Below, in pieces: positions 18,527-28,161 of a stretch of DNA of 64,000 nt; the first letter of the stretch is position 1; each line of letters starts with the position of its first letter. The notes beneath the pieces are model-generated. The model saw only the letters and a list, made by a program, of their open reading frames with translations. It did no database searches and was not told the DNA's origin. A program made the position numbers and the translations under genes. The stretch covers positions 56,372 through 120,371 of the forward strand of contig CAVONV010000002.1 of assembly GCA_963697355.1 (NCBI GenBank). Direction: 5' to 3'. This DNA is from an uncultured Acidobacteriota bacterium. GTDB taxonomy: Bacteria > Acidobacteriota > Vicinamibacteria > Marinacidobacterales > DATDRI01.

Positions 18527-18979
18527 CTATAGATACTGCCGATAGACCGGGTTGGAGCGGCAATAGTCTTGAATCGCTCTGGTGATGATGAGGGCATCCT
18601 CTGGTGTGGGGTCGAGAAAATACAAACCAAACCCGGGCGGGAGGCTGTGAACCGGGTGCGCTTGATACGGATTGACCCAAGCCACGACCGCGCTGACGGA
18701 CAGACGTCGGTCGTTTCCCGGAACGTAAAAACTCACTTTGAGAGACTCGTCTTTTGTGGGTAACAAGTCCGTGGCCACGTAGGCACCTTTTAGTGAGAGA
18801 TCCAGCATCAAGCCATCATGTTCGACTCGAGACCGGAGGAGACAGCAGCGGCGTATGAACGGGATTCGGAGCGTGCGGGGAACATAAGGAGGGGAGGCAT
18901 TCTTTCCCGACCTCCGGGATAGTCCTTTTCTGGAAGCCGGAGTCACAATAGCTCTCAGAATCGTCTGGGCACAAGACAC
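18527..18979 (-). CDS. PilZ domain protein (putative)
   Basis: Arg-rich segment RRCCLLRSR followed by LDLSLKGAYV (D-x-S-x-x-G), then a beta-rich C-terminus. The spacing is atypical, so this is a tentative call. Confidence 0.45.
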   Translation of the reverse strand: MSCAQTILRAIVTPASRKGLSRRSGKNASPPYVPRTLRIPFIRRCCLLRSRVEHDGLMLDLSLKGAYVATDLLPTKDESLKVSFYVPGNDRRLSVSAVVAWVNPYQAHPVHSLPPGFGLYFLDPTPEDALIITRAIQDYCRSNPVYRQYL

Positions 18980-19017
18980 TTCATCTACGGAAACAGCGGA
19001 CAGCCGCCCTACAGCAC

Positions 19018-19428
19018 CTAATCAACGTGCCCTTCGGCATATGCTATTGCTGAATCCTCATCCTGGAAAATCTTGAAGACGTTGTCCAGGCGGACGACTT
19101 TCAACAATTTCAGAATACGTCCAGAGGGCTTGACCAGCAGTATCTGGCGGTTCTCGCCCGAGAACTTGGAAAGGTAGCCGACCAGCTCACCCATTCCGGT
19201 GCTGTCGATGTAATTGATACCTGTGAAATCGATGATGACATTACTCTCTTCTTTGCGTAGAACGTTGTCGAGGGCGCTGGAAAAGAACTCGGCACTCTCC
19301 CCGAGCTTGATCGCTCCCTCTATGTCGAGGATAGTGACCTTGCCGCTCGAACGTTTTTCGATGATCAAGAAGTAGGCCCCCGTTGTGGGACGATGAACCC
19401 GACGTCTAAAGCCAATGATAGGGTACAA
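19018..19428 (-). CDS. STAS-domain anti-sigma-factor antagonist (SpoIIAA-like)
   Basis: ILDIEGAI...DFTGINYIDSTGMGELV. An internal TTG giving MIIEKRSSGK (about 108 aa) is the more likely true start. Confidence 0.75.
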   Translation of the reverse strand: MYPIIGFRRRVHRPTTGAYFLIIEKRSSGKVTILDIEGAIKLGESAEFFSSALDNVLRKEESNVIIDFTGINYIDSTGMGELVGYLSKFSGENRQILLVKPSGRILKLLKVVRLDNVFKIFQDEDSAIAYAEGHVD

Positions 19429-19550
19429 AAATGTTATCCGGCCCCGCCGGATCTGTCAAATAAACTGCTGGCGAAAGCAGAAGAGCAAGAAGCCTGTTCC
19501 GGGTTGCCGCACCAAGTGAATTTCCATGACGTTGTGCTAGACTCGCAGCG

Positions 19551-20522
19551 ATGGGTTGGAAGCAAAAGGTGTTGTTCCTGGGGTGGGTTGCGGCCCCCGG
19601 GGTTTTTTCTGTCGCCCTGTCAGCATCAGAATCCAGCCTCGGTACGCTCCTCGAGCTGGTCGATGGCGGAGGGTTCCGTATCCCGCGACTCGAGGCATCA
19701 GGAATCGTCTGTTTCCAAGACAAATTCATCGTCGCTGACGACACCGTAAACCATCTCTTCGTCTTCGACCGTGAAGGAAGGTTGTCTTACCACATCGAAT
19801 CAGATCGGTTTCCACGTGAAAAGGCGAAATTCGAGGATCTGACTTTCGACGCTTCGACGGGAACCTTCTTCGTCGTAGGGTCTCACCAAGGCTGGGATTA
19901 CGAAAACTTGGAGAGTCTGAGTGTCCTCCTCCGATTCAAACTGAAAAAGGTAGAGCAAAAGCTCACCGTCGATGAAGCATCTGTAGAGAGCCTGCCTCTT
20001 TTCAGGAGTTTTGATCAGATCGGACTGTGGAAACCGGACTCCATGAAAATAGAGGGACTCGCCTATGATTCCGCAAGAGACCATCTCTACGTGGGATTGC
20101 GCGAGCCCGTGGACCGTGCCCGCGTCTATCGGATCGACGTAGGTACCTTGGCCCGCGCGGGCCGAGATTCAGAGCCTCCTCTTCCGATAGAGGTGCTGAG
20201 TTTCGATGCCGGTAACCTTGACGGGACTCCGTTTTGTATCTCCGCTCTGCTGTGGCTCCCGACCCACCGAGGTCTCCTGATCGCCACAAGTACGGAGGAC
20301 GATATGGAACATCGATTCCTTGGGAACCGACTGTGGTTTTACTCCGAGGGCCGGTCGGTGACCCTTGTACAGGATACCTTCGACCGTGGGATGAAGGCGG
20401 AAGGTCTCGCAGTCGGTGAGGATCAACTCGTCATCGCCTACGATAACGATCAAGACGATACGGATATTCCCAGCCGGGTCCGCCTGATACCGTTGCAGCC
20501 GCTACTAGAAGGTCATACCTAG
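19551..20522 (+). CDS. Secreted hypothetical beta-propeller-like protein (phytase-like/SdiA-regulated superfamily?)
   Basis: Signal peptide, then repeated EGLAxD/LYVxxRE-like blades. Family uncertain. Confidence 0.45.
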   Translation: MGWKQKVLFLGWVAAPGVFSVALSASESSLGTLLELVDGGGFRIPRLEASGIVCFQDKFIVADDTVNHLFVFDREGRLSYHIESDRFPREKAKFEDLTFDASTGTFFVVGSHQGWDYENLESLSVLLRFKLKKVEQKLTVDEASVESLPLFRSFDQIGLWKPDSMKIEGLAYDSARDHLYVGLREPVDRARVYRIDVGTLARAGRDSEPPLPIEVLSFDAGNLDGTPFCISALLWLPTHRGLLIATSTEDDMEHRFLGNRLWFYSEGRSVTLVQDTFDRGMKAEGLAVGEDQLVIAYDNDQDDTDIPSRVRLIPLQPLLEGHT

Positions 20523-20544
20523 CGCTTCGTGAGTTGCCGGTCTC

Positions 20545-23370
20545 ATGGAGTTCCAACGTCCCGAAGTCGAACAACGAACCCTGGAGACCGTGCGTTTCCT
20601 CCTCGATGAGCTCGGTGGCGCGCGATTGTTTGGAGCCGTCCAGTTGCATGCTCTCATCGAGAGAGACCTGGGTCTCGGGAGCCTCGAGAGGGTGGAGCTG
20701 GTGTCTCGGTTGGAGTCGGAGTTCGGAATCGAACTCTCGGAGAGTGTTATTTCCGAGTCTGAGACCCTCAACGATCTCGTGAAGGCCATCTTGAGCACAA
20801 AAGGATCAGCTTGGGTTGGGCCGCGTCAGCAACGAGAGGCGCCGTCGGCGTTCATGCCACCGCAGGACCATCTACAAACGCTGGTGGAAGCCCTGGAATG
20901 GAGAGCCCAGGTAAATCCTTACCGAGCCCATATCTATTTTCAGGAGGAGAGAGGCGAAGAGCAGACCATCCATTATGGAGACCTTTATCGAGATGCTCTT
21001 GCCCTTGCCGGGGGATTGGCTGCAAGAGGTCTTAGGCCCCGAGACACAACCGCGATCATGCTTCCCAGCGGTCGAGATTTCTTTGTGGCCTTCGCAGGGG
21101 TGATTCTCGCCGGTGGTGTTCCGGTCCCCTTGTACCCTCCGTTCCGCTTGGACCGAATCGGAGAATACGCCAGCCGGCAGACGGCCATACTTGCCAACGC
21201 GAGAACGAAGCTCTTCATCACGCTGAGTCGTGGCCGATCGATCGGACAACTTCTACGCTCTCGTGTCCCCCAACTAGAGGGTGTGACGACGGTTGAGGAT
21301 CTCGTTTCGCAATCTGCTCCTGCCCCTTCCGTAGAAGTGCGCCCTGACGATCCGGCTTTCATTCAGTACACCTCGGGGAGTACGGGTGCTCCCAAAGGAG
21401 TCCTTCTAACGCACCGCAATCTCGTTGCGAACATTCGGGGCATCGGCGAAACACTGGAGCTTGGTGCGACCGATGTCGGGGCAAGCTGGCTGCCTCTCTA
21501 CCACGACATGGGGCTCATTGGGATGTGGTTGACGCCCCTTTACTTTGGTGTTCCCGTAGTGATTATGTCGCCCTTGACTTTCCTGGCGCGTCCCGAGCGT
21601 TGGTTATGGGCCATACACAGTCACCGCGCCACACTTTCCGCGTCTCCCAATTTTGGCTACGAGCTTTGTGTCCGAAGGATTCGCGACGAGGCTCTCGAGG
21701 GCTTGGACCTTTCGAGCTGGCGTGGAGCAATGAACGGAGCTGAGCCGGTCTCCGTAGAGACGATGGATAGGTTCCGTCGACGTTTCACGCCGATGGGATT
21801 CAAGCCAGAAGCGATGATGCCGGTCTATGGAATGGCGGAATCCTCCGTGGCTCTCGCTCTGCCACCACTTCTTCGCGGTCCGAGAATCGAGGCTCTTTCT
21901 CGGGTACCGTTCGAGACAGAGGGTCGTGCGGTGACGGCGTCCGAAGGGGACGCTCGAGCTCTTCGATTCGTTTCTGTCGGACAACCGTTGAAGGGGCATG
22001 AGGTGCGGATTGTCGACGATGAAGGGGGAGTTCTTCCTGAGCGGCGGGAAGGGGTGCTCCAGTTTCGTGGTCCATCGACAATGCAGGGCTACTACCGAAA
22101 TGCCGCTGCAACCGAAGCAGTCGCCAAGCCGGGGGGGTGGGTCGATTCAGGCGATCGCGCTTTCGTGGCGGATGGTGAAGTTTTCATCACCGGGCGGGTC
22201 AAGGACGTCGTCATCAGGGCCGGCCGGAACATATACCCTCACGAGGCCGAGGAGATCGCCGCCGATGTCGAGGGAGTGCGTCGGGGGTGTGTTGCCGCCT
22301 TTGGGGTCCGTGACGAGCGACAGGGAACGGAAAAACTCGTGGTTGTGGTCGAGACTCGAGTCGATGGAGCCCTGCATCGCCAATCAATGACAGCCGCTAT
22401 CCAAGAACGATTGGGAGAGCTGTTCGGTGCGCCTGCGGATGACGTTGTGTTAGTGCCGCCTGGCTCGGTGCCCAAGACATCGAGCGGGAAGCTGAGACGT
22501 TCGACTACGAAAGAGCGGTATCTGGAAGGAAAGCTCGTCGGCGGAACGGACAATCGAAGGTTCGTTCTGATCCAAGTGACGATTCTCGATGTATTCGACC
22601 GTCTGTGGCGAGCGGCTCGGGGCTTCGGCCGATGGGTCTATGGAATCTACGCCGTTCTTCTATCACTGGCCATCGTCGTTCCCGTTTGGTTCGCGGCACT
22701 TGCGTGTCCTTCCAGGAGGCTCGTGGGACGCATCGTGCGGTTTGGGGCGCGGGCCTATCTTTTTTTGAGCGGGTGCCGGCTCGAGGTCGTGGGACTCGCA
22801 CATCTGAAGGACCCAGCGGAGCCACCCGTCATTTTCGTCTCGAACCATGCCAGCTATCTGGATCCTCTTCCGATCATTGCGGGATTACGCCACGACTTCG
22901 CTTTCATCGTTAAGCGGGAGGCCGGTAGTTGGCCCGTTGTTGGGACTTTCATTCGTCGACTCGGTTACCTGCTCGTTGACCGTATCGATCCCAAGGAAAG
23001 CGTCGAGAGCGCGGAGGAAATCACGGCTGCATTTCATCAAGGCCGCTCTGTGTTCTTCTTTGCCGAAGGCACCTTCACTCGGGTCACTGGCCTCAGGCCG
23101 TTCAAGTTGGGTGCTTTCAAGTTGGCGGCCGAAACCGGGCGCCCCATCGTGCCACTCGCGCTGAAGGGGACCAGGAGGTGGCTGCGCGATGGAACGTGGC
23201 TTCCGCGGCGGAGCGATTTGCAGCTGGTCATCGATGAGCCTCTCCATGCCACGTCATCGTCTTTGTCGGAGGTCGTGCGTCTAAGGGATGAGGTCGCCCA
23301 AGTGATTTCACGACAGGTTGGAGAGCCGCGCCTCGACCTCGTAGCGGCAGGCTTGCCGGTGGCGGAATGA
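20545..23370 (+). CDS. Tridomain fusion of an acyl-carrier (PP-binding) domain, a fatty acyl-AMP ligase and a PlsC-type lysophospholipid acyltransferase
   Basis: N-terminal DLGLGSLERVELV carrier motif. AMP-binding core YTSGSTGAPKGV and GDRAF...GRVKD. TM segment. C-terminal FVSNHASYLD (HX4D) and FAEGT acyltransferase motifs. Confidence 0.8.
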   Translation: MEFQRPEVEQRTLETVRFLLDELGGARLFGAVQLHALIERDLGLGSLERVELVSRLESEFGIELSESVISESETLNDLVKAILSTKGSAWVGPRQQREAPSAFMPPQDHLQTLVEALEWRAQVNPYRAHIYFQEERGEEQTIHYGDLYRDALALAGGLAARGLRPRDTTAIMLPSGRDFFVAFAGVILAGGVPVPLYPPFRLDRIGEYASRQTAILANARTKLFITLSRGRSIGQLLRSRVPQLEGVTTVEDLVSQSAPAPSVEVRPDDPAFIQYTSGSTGAPKGVLLTHRNLVANIRGIGETLELGATDVGASWLPLYHDMGLIGMWLTPLYFGVPVVIMSPLTFLARPERWLWAIHSHRATLSASPNFGYELCVRRIRDEALEGLDLSSWRGAMNGAEPVSVETMDRFRRRFTPMGFKPEAMMPVYGMAESSVALALPPLLRGPRIEALSRVPFETEGRAVTASEGDARALRFVSVGQPLKGHEVRIVDDEGGVLPERREGVLQFRGPSTMQGYYRNAAATEAVAKPGGWVDSGDRAFVADGEVFITGRVKDVVIRAGRNIYPHEAEEIAADVEGVRRGCVAAFGVRDERQGTEKLVVVVETRVDGALHRQSMTAAIQERLGELFGAPADDVVLVPPGSVPKTSSGKLRRSTTKERYLEGKLVGGTDNRRFVLIQVTILDVFDRLWRAARGFGRWVYGIYAVLLSLAIVVPVWFAALACPSRRLVGRIVRFGARAYLFLSGCRLEVVGLAHLKDPAEPPVIFVSNHASYLDPLPIIAGLRHDFAFIVKREAGSWPVVGTFIRRLGYLLVDRIDPKESVESAEEITAAFHQGRSVFFFAEGTFTRVTGLRPFKLGAFKLAAETGRPIVPLALKGTRRWLRDGTWLPRRSDLQLVIDEPLHATSSSLSEVVRLRDEVAQVISRQVGEPRLDLVAAGLPVAE

Positions 23371-23394
23371 TGAAATCGGGCGCGTTCGCCCGAC

Positions 23395-24180
23395 ATGGGG
23401 GTTAGTATGATGTACTCGTTTTGGAGGCGACGAATTGATGCGGGCCGGGCCCTCACGAGATATCGGGGCGCCCCTTGGCTAGAAGACAAACGAGTGTTCA
23501 GAAGAGCCGCAATATTGAGCGCAGTCCTTGCTTTGGGGCCCATGGGACATCAAGGGAGTCGAGCGATGGAAGAAGAACCGACGATCCGCACCATCGAGCT
23601 CCAAGGGTGCATGCTTCACACTCTCGTTGCCGGCCCGGCCGACGGCTTTCCTGTATTGCTGCTTCACGGTCGACGGTTTCATTCCGGAACCTGGCTCGAG
23701 ATAGCGACTTATGGAACACTGGCCAGTCAGGGATACCGCGTCGTGGGCGTCGACCTTCCAGGCTACGGCCGCTCAGAGAAGAGCGAGGTTCCGTGGGACC
23801 GATTCCTCGCGGAGCTCATTCCCGAGCTCGGCATGGGCAAACCGGTCATCGTCGCACCTTCGATGAGCGGTGGTTATGCGTTTGCGCTCTTGATGGAACA
23901 CCCCGAATTTGCTTCGGGCTTTGTTGGCGTGGCGCCCGCCTGGGCCAAAGATCACGAAAGCGGGATTCAGAACATCAAAGTACCGACGCTCCTCCTCTGG
24001 GGTGAGAACGACACCATTTCGCCAGTGTCCTTGGGCGAGAAATTGATGGGCTTGATCGAGGGCAGCCGGTTGGTGGTCCTAGACGGTGCAAGTCATCCTT
24101 GCTATCTCGATCGTCCGGACGAGTTTCACCAAACCCTGCTCGAGTTTTTGGAAACCATTCGCTCCGCGAACAAGCGATAG
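23395..24180 (+). CDS. Alpha/beta hydrolase
   Basis: LLLHGRRFHSGTW and the GxSxG nucleophile elbow PSMSGGYAF. Start could instead be ATG 23566. Confidence 0.75.
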   Translation: MGVSMMYSFWRRRIDAGRALTRYRGAPWLEDKRVFRRAAILSAVLALGPMGHQGSRAMEEEPTIRTIELQGCMLHTLVAGPADGFPVLLLHGRRFHSGTWLEIATYGTLASQGYRVVGVDLPGYGRSEKSEVPWDRFLAELIPELGMGKPVIVAPSMSGGYAFALLMEHPEFASGFVGVAPAWAKDHESGIQNIKVPTLLLWGENDTISPVSLGEKLMGLIEGSRLVVLDGASHPCYLDRPDEFHQTLLEFLETIRSANKR

Positions 24181-24210
24181 AAGACTAGAGGGCTGTCCCC
24201 TTAGTCTTTT
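24181..24210. terminator. Hairpin plus short T-run between convergent genes
   Basis: aagacta-gagggctgtcccct-tagtctt followed by tt. It overlaps the UbiA-like stop and shares the GGCTGTCCCC motif with 12913-12926. Confidence 0.35.
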
Positions 24211-25100
24211 GTTAGTAGGGCGGCTAGGAGGGTAAGCGCGAGTGCCGTGTTGGTGGCCAGGATCCAAACGACGTTCGACGCGAGCGCCGGTATCGGGATG
24301 GGCTCATCGGGTTTGGAAAAAGCCCAGCGAAGAGGCTGAGCGAGTAACAAAGAGGGAATCACGGCGACGAGGCAGGACCAAGGCAACCAATCGAAAACGA
24401 TCGCTGTGACGATGGCTCCCGGAACCGAGACTGCGGCCAAGGCGTAGATGAGAGCTGCCGCTTTCCGGCCCAGCAAGATAACGAGATTCCGTCTTCCTCC
24501 TTTGCGATCGGCTTCCTCGTCGGGGAACTCGTTCAAGAGAAGCAAATTGAAGGTCATGAAGAATGCGGGAACCGATGCGGCGATGGCGACCTGGCCGAGC
24601 GTCCCACCTTGAATCATTGCCGTCCCCACGACGGGTAGGGCGCCGAGTCCAAGGCCGGCGGCCATCTCACCAATACCTATGCGGGCGAAAAGGTCGGTGT
24701 AGGCCAGAACACAAACGGCCCCGGTAAGGAAAAGGGGCAGAAGGAACCATCCCACGTCAATGAGGAACCAGACGCCGCAAGCTGCGCCGACGGCAGCCGC
24801 AACGTAGCCGACGGTCCAGGCCGTGCGCTGGCTCAAGTGGCCGGCTGGAAGCGTTCCACTCCCACCGGAGAACGGTGTCCGTTCCGTGTGAAGATCAATC
24901 CCCGTTCTCATGTCACTTGCTTCGTTGAGGGCGTTGACGGCGATGTGCAGAGCGACCAAACCCACGAGCGCTATGATCGTGGCCGACCACCGGAAACTTC
25001 CTTCATAGGCCGACGCGGCTGCCCCTGCCGCGACGAGGGTCACGGATAGCGCTAGAAAAGGTGCACGGGTCACACTGAGAAGATGTTGAATGGCTGCCAT
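24201..25100 (-). CDS. UbiA-family prenyltransferase-like integral membrane protein
   Basis: 8-9 TM helices. Asp-rich motifs NALNEASDMRTGID and NEFPDEEAD. Confidence 0.55.
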   Translation of the reverse strand: MAAIQHLLSVTRAPFLALSVTLVAAGAAASAYEGSFRWSATIIALVGLVALHIAVNALNEASDMRTGIDLHTERTPFSGGSGTLPAGHLSQRTAWTVGYVAAAVGAACGVWFLIDVGWFLLPLFLTGAVCVLAYTDLFARIGIGEMAAGLGLGALPVVGTAMIQGGTLGQVAIAASVPAFFMTFNLLLLNEFPDEEADRKGGRRNLVILLGRKAAALIYALAAVSVPGAIVTAIVFDWLPWSCLVAVIPSLLLAQPLRWAFSKPDEPIPIPALASNVVWILATNTALALTLLAALLTKD

Positions 25101-25290
25101 AACTGCCTCTTATCAAGAACTCAAGCCCGCCTCCGTCGGTGATGCCGATTCGTCGCCACCGACTTCGGCGAGGCCTCGCCGAAGCCGTTGGTTCGCAATC
25201 TCGAGCACCAACGGCGGAGGCGGGAATTCAAGAACTCAAGAACTCAAGAATTCAAGAACTCGAGAGTCGAGAGATTGTAGCGATCTTGCG
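25101..25290. repeat. Composite imperfect palindrome containing CTTCGGCGAGGCCTCGCCGAAG and four CAAGAACT octamers
   Basis: It lies in the divergent promoter region between the UbiA-like gene and galK. The core hairpin is the 22-bp perfect palindrome cttcggcgagg/cctcgccgaag. It is homologous to segments at 55951-56000 and 56205-56225. Confidence 0.5.
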
Positions 25291-25348
25291 CGACAATAAA
25301 GAATGATAACATTTGCGGTTCCGTGGAAGTCTGAAACCTGCAAAGAAG

Positions 25349-26590
25349 ATGTCTTCGATACCCGATAGCCGTCGTCTTCGAGCTTTGGAGAGGACGTTCA
25401 AGGTGTCCTTTGGGTCTGCCAGAGGAGAGCGCGTGGCTAGGGCCCCCGGCCGAGTCAATTTGATCGGGGATCATACCGACTATAACGGCCTTCCGGTCTT
25501 TCCCATGGCTCTCCAACGAGACATCACGATCCTTTTTCGTCCACGAGAAGATGCTACGGTTCGTATCGCCAACGTGGATTCGCGCTTCCCTTCTTTTTCC
25601 GTCGTGCTCGACCAGCAGATCGAACCCAGCACCCGGGGTGATTGGTCGAACTACGCTCGGGCCGCGGGGCAAGCGCTCAGCCGATCTCATGGACTGCTGA
25701 AGGGCTTCGATGGCGTTGTCTCGGGAAACATACCCGTCGCAGCGGGACTTTCCTCCTCCTCTGCCATGGTCGTGGCAGTAGCCATGGCGCTCATTGATGT
25801 CAACTCCATCTCCATCAAACCGCTTCAGCTCATGAGTCTAATGGCTCGTGCCGAACATTACACAGGGGCCGAAGGAGGCGGGATGGATCAAGCCATCTGT
25901 TTGGGCGGGGTCTCGAACGCGGCTATCAAGATCGAATTCGACCCCTTGAGACTGACGCCGGTACCTGTGCCGAAGAAGTGGTGTTTCATCGTTGCCTTTA
26001 GCGGGCTCCGGGCCGAGAAGTCGGGCGATGCCCGTGAGGCCTATAACAGCCGGGCCCGCCAATCGAGGGCAGCCATAGAGACGCTTTCTCAGCGCTTTCC
26101 CATAGCCCGCAGCTATCGAGAGCTCATTGCCGACACCCGTACCGACGAGTTGCTTGCGACCGCGCAGGACCACCTCGACGATCTCCTGTTCCGCCGGTTT
26201 CGCCACGTCGTCACGGAAGCGGCTCGTGTTGATGAAGCCGGCCGAGCCATGGAGGATGGCGATATTCGGGAGTTCGGCCGCTTGATGAGCGCCTCGCACA
26301 GAAGTCTGAGGGATGACTTCGAGGTGAGTTGCTCGCAGCTGGATGAGCTCGTCGAAGCCGCCATGGATGCCGGCGCGGAAGGTGCTCGGTTGACCGGGGC
26401 TGGGTTTGGTGGTTGCATCGTTGCTTTGTGCTCTTCGGACCAGGTGCCCGCTTTCATGTCGTTCATTGCGGAAAACTACTACCAGCAACGAGGTCGAACG
26501 GAGTCGCTCGCGGACGACGTTCTTGTGGCCGAGCCCTCGCCTGGCGCCTCCGTAACCCCGTTTCGATTGACGCCGTACATGGCTCAATGA
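25349..26590 (+). CDS. galK: Galactokinase
   Basis: GRVNLIGDHTDYNGLPVFPMAL signature and GHMP kinase PVAAGLSSSSA motif. Confidence 0.85.
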   Translation: MSSIPDSRRLRALERTFKVSFGSARGERVARAPGRVNLIGDHTDYNGLPVFPMALQRDITILFRPREDATVRIANVDSRFPSFSVVLDQQIEPSTRGDWSNYARAAGQALSRSHGLLKGFDGVVSGNIPVAAGLSSSSAMVVAVAMALIDVNSISIKPLQLMSLMARAEHYTGAEGGGMDQAICLGGVSNAAIKIEFDPLRLTPVPVPKKWCFIVAFSGLRAEKSGDAREAYNSRARQSRAAIETLSQRFPIARSYRELIADTRTDELLATAQDHLDDLLFRRFRHVVTEAARVDEAGRAMEDGDIREFGRLMSASHRSLRDDFEVSCSQLDELVEAAMDAGAEGARLTGAGFGGCIVALCSSDQVPAFMSFIAENYYQQRGRTESLADDVLVAEPSPGASVTPFRLTPYMAQ

Positions 26591-28110
26591 CTTTTCTGCC
26601 ATCCGTCGACATCGCGATACTCGTCCTCTATGTCCTTGCCGTCGTGGCCTACGGCGCGGGCTTCTTTCGAAGGAGTAGGACGCCTCGAGGCTTCACGGCT
26701 GCGGGTGGGGCCATCCCCGGTTGGGCCGTGGGTCTTTCTCTGTTTGGGACATACTTGAGCAGCAACACGTTCTTGGGTGTTCCCGGCAAAGCCTACGGAA
26801 CAAATTGGAACTCTTTCGTCTTCAGTTTGTCGTTACCGTTCGCGGCTTGGATTGCGGCGAAGTACTTCGTGCCTTTTTATCGGGAGCATGGAGAGATCTC
26901 GGCCTACACTCATCTGGAACGCCGATTCGGACGGTGGGCACGCACTTACGCCATGGTGTGCTACTTGTTGACGCAACTTGCCCGCATCGGTTCCATTCTC
27001 TTTGGAGTCGCTTTGGCCCTTGGTGCGATGACGGGCTGGTCGCCGGCCGTCATCATCATGGCGACCGGATTACTCGTCACGCTATATACACTTCTCGGTG
27101 GAATCGAGGCTGTCATTTGGACCGACGTCGTCCAAAGTGTCATCCTCTCCGTTGGCGCGTTGGTTGTCGTTGTCCTTCTCGTCGTCGGTATGCCGGAAGG
27201 ACCGGGTCAACTCTTGGAGATCGCCTCGGCCTCGGGGAAATTCAGCTTGGGTAGTGCCGCCTTGGACTTCACAACGTCGACGGTATGGGTGGTCTTTCTT
27301 TACGGCCTATTCACGAATCTCAACAATTTCGGTATAGATCAGAGCTTCGTTCAACGCTACCACACGGCACGAAGCGACAGCGAGGCTCGTCGCTCCGTTT
27401 GGTTTGCCGCCGTCTTGTACATCCCCATCTCGCTTCTGTTCTTCTTCATCGGGTCGGGACTCTTTTCCTATTACGAGGCGCGACCGGATCAGAAGTTGGA
27501 CTTGGAGCAGGCGGTGGTTGTGCCCGCGGAGCAGGGCCATGCCCAACCGACGCCCGAGGAGCTTGGAGATCGTGTCTTTCCTCATTTCATCGCGAACCAG
27601 CTTCCACCTGGTGCGGCAGGTCTTCTAATGGCGGCCCTTTTCGCGGCGGCCATGAGCAGCATCGATACCAGTCTCAACAGCTCGGCGACCGTTATCTTGT
27701 CCGACCTCTACCCGAGTCGTGGGCGATCGGTGAGTGATCGTGAGGCGATGCGGGTTCTCTATATTGGTACAGTTGTCGTGGGATTTCTCGGTACGGGTAC
27801 GGCTCTGGCTATGATGGGGGTGACGAGCGTTCTTGATGCATGGTGGACCCTTTCCGGCATCTTCGCCGGCGGCATGCTCGGACTCTTCCTTCTTGGAATG
27901 ATATCGAAGTGGGCAAAGACACCCGCGGCCGTCACGGGTGTTGTGGCCGGTCTTGCCGTCATCATTTGGATGACGCTATCGCCTCGTCTCCCCGAGGCCT
28001 CAGTTCTTCGAAGCCCCTTTCACGCCAATATGATCATCGTCGTAGGCACCCTCACCATATTCCTCATCGGAATGCTGGTTTCTCCAAAGAGGTCGCGGAC
28101 CGAGACCTGA
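26587..28110 (+). CDS. Sodium:solute symporter (SSS family)
   Basis: ATGA overlap with galK. About 13 TM helices with SSS-type motifs GxxxAAxMSSxDTxL. Confidence 0.85.
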   Translation: MTFLPSVDIAILVLYVLAVVAYGAGFFRRSRTPRGFTAAGGAIPGWAVGLSLFGTYLSSNTFLGVPGKAYGTNWNSFVFSLSLPFAAWIAAKYFVPFYREHGEISAYTHLERRFGRWARTYAMVCYLLTQLARIGSILFGVALALGAMTGWSPAVIIMATGLLVTLYTLLGGIEAVIWTDVVQSVILSVGALVVVVLLVVGMPEGPGQLLEIASASGKFSLGSAALDFTTSTVWVVFLYGLFTNLNNFGIDQSFVQRYHTARSDSEARRSVWFAAVLYIPISLLFFFIGSGLFSYYEARPDQKLDLEQAVVVPAEQGHAQPTPEELGDRVFPHFIANQLPPGAAGLLMAALFAAAMSSIDTSLNSSATVILSDLYPSRGRSVSDREAMRVLYIGTVVVGFLGTGTALAMMGVTSVLDAWWTLSGIFAGGMLGLFLLGMISKWAKTPAAVTGVVAGLAVIIWMTLSPRLPEASVLRSPFHANMIIVVGTLTIFLIGMLVSPKRSRTET

Positions 28111-28161
28111 GTGTGGAGGTTCCCCTCGGCCTTCTCCTCACCCGGAAAGGACGAAGAGCCT

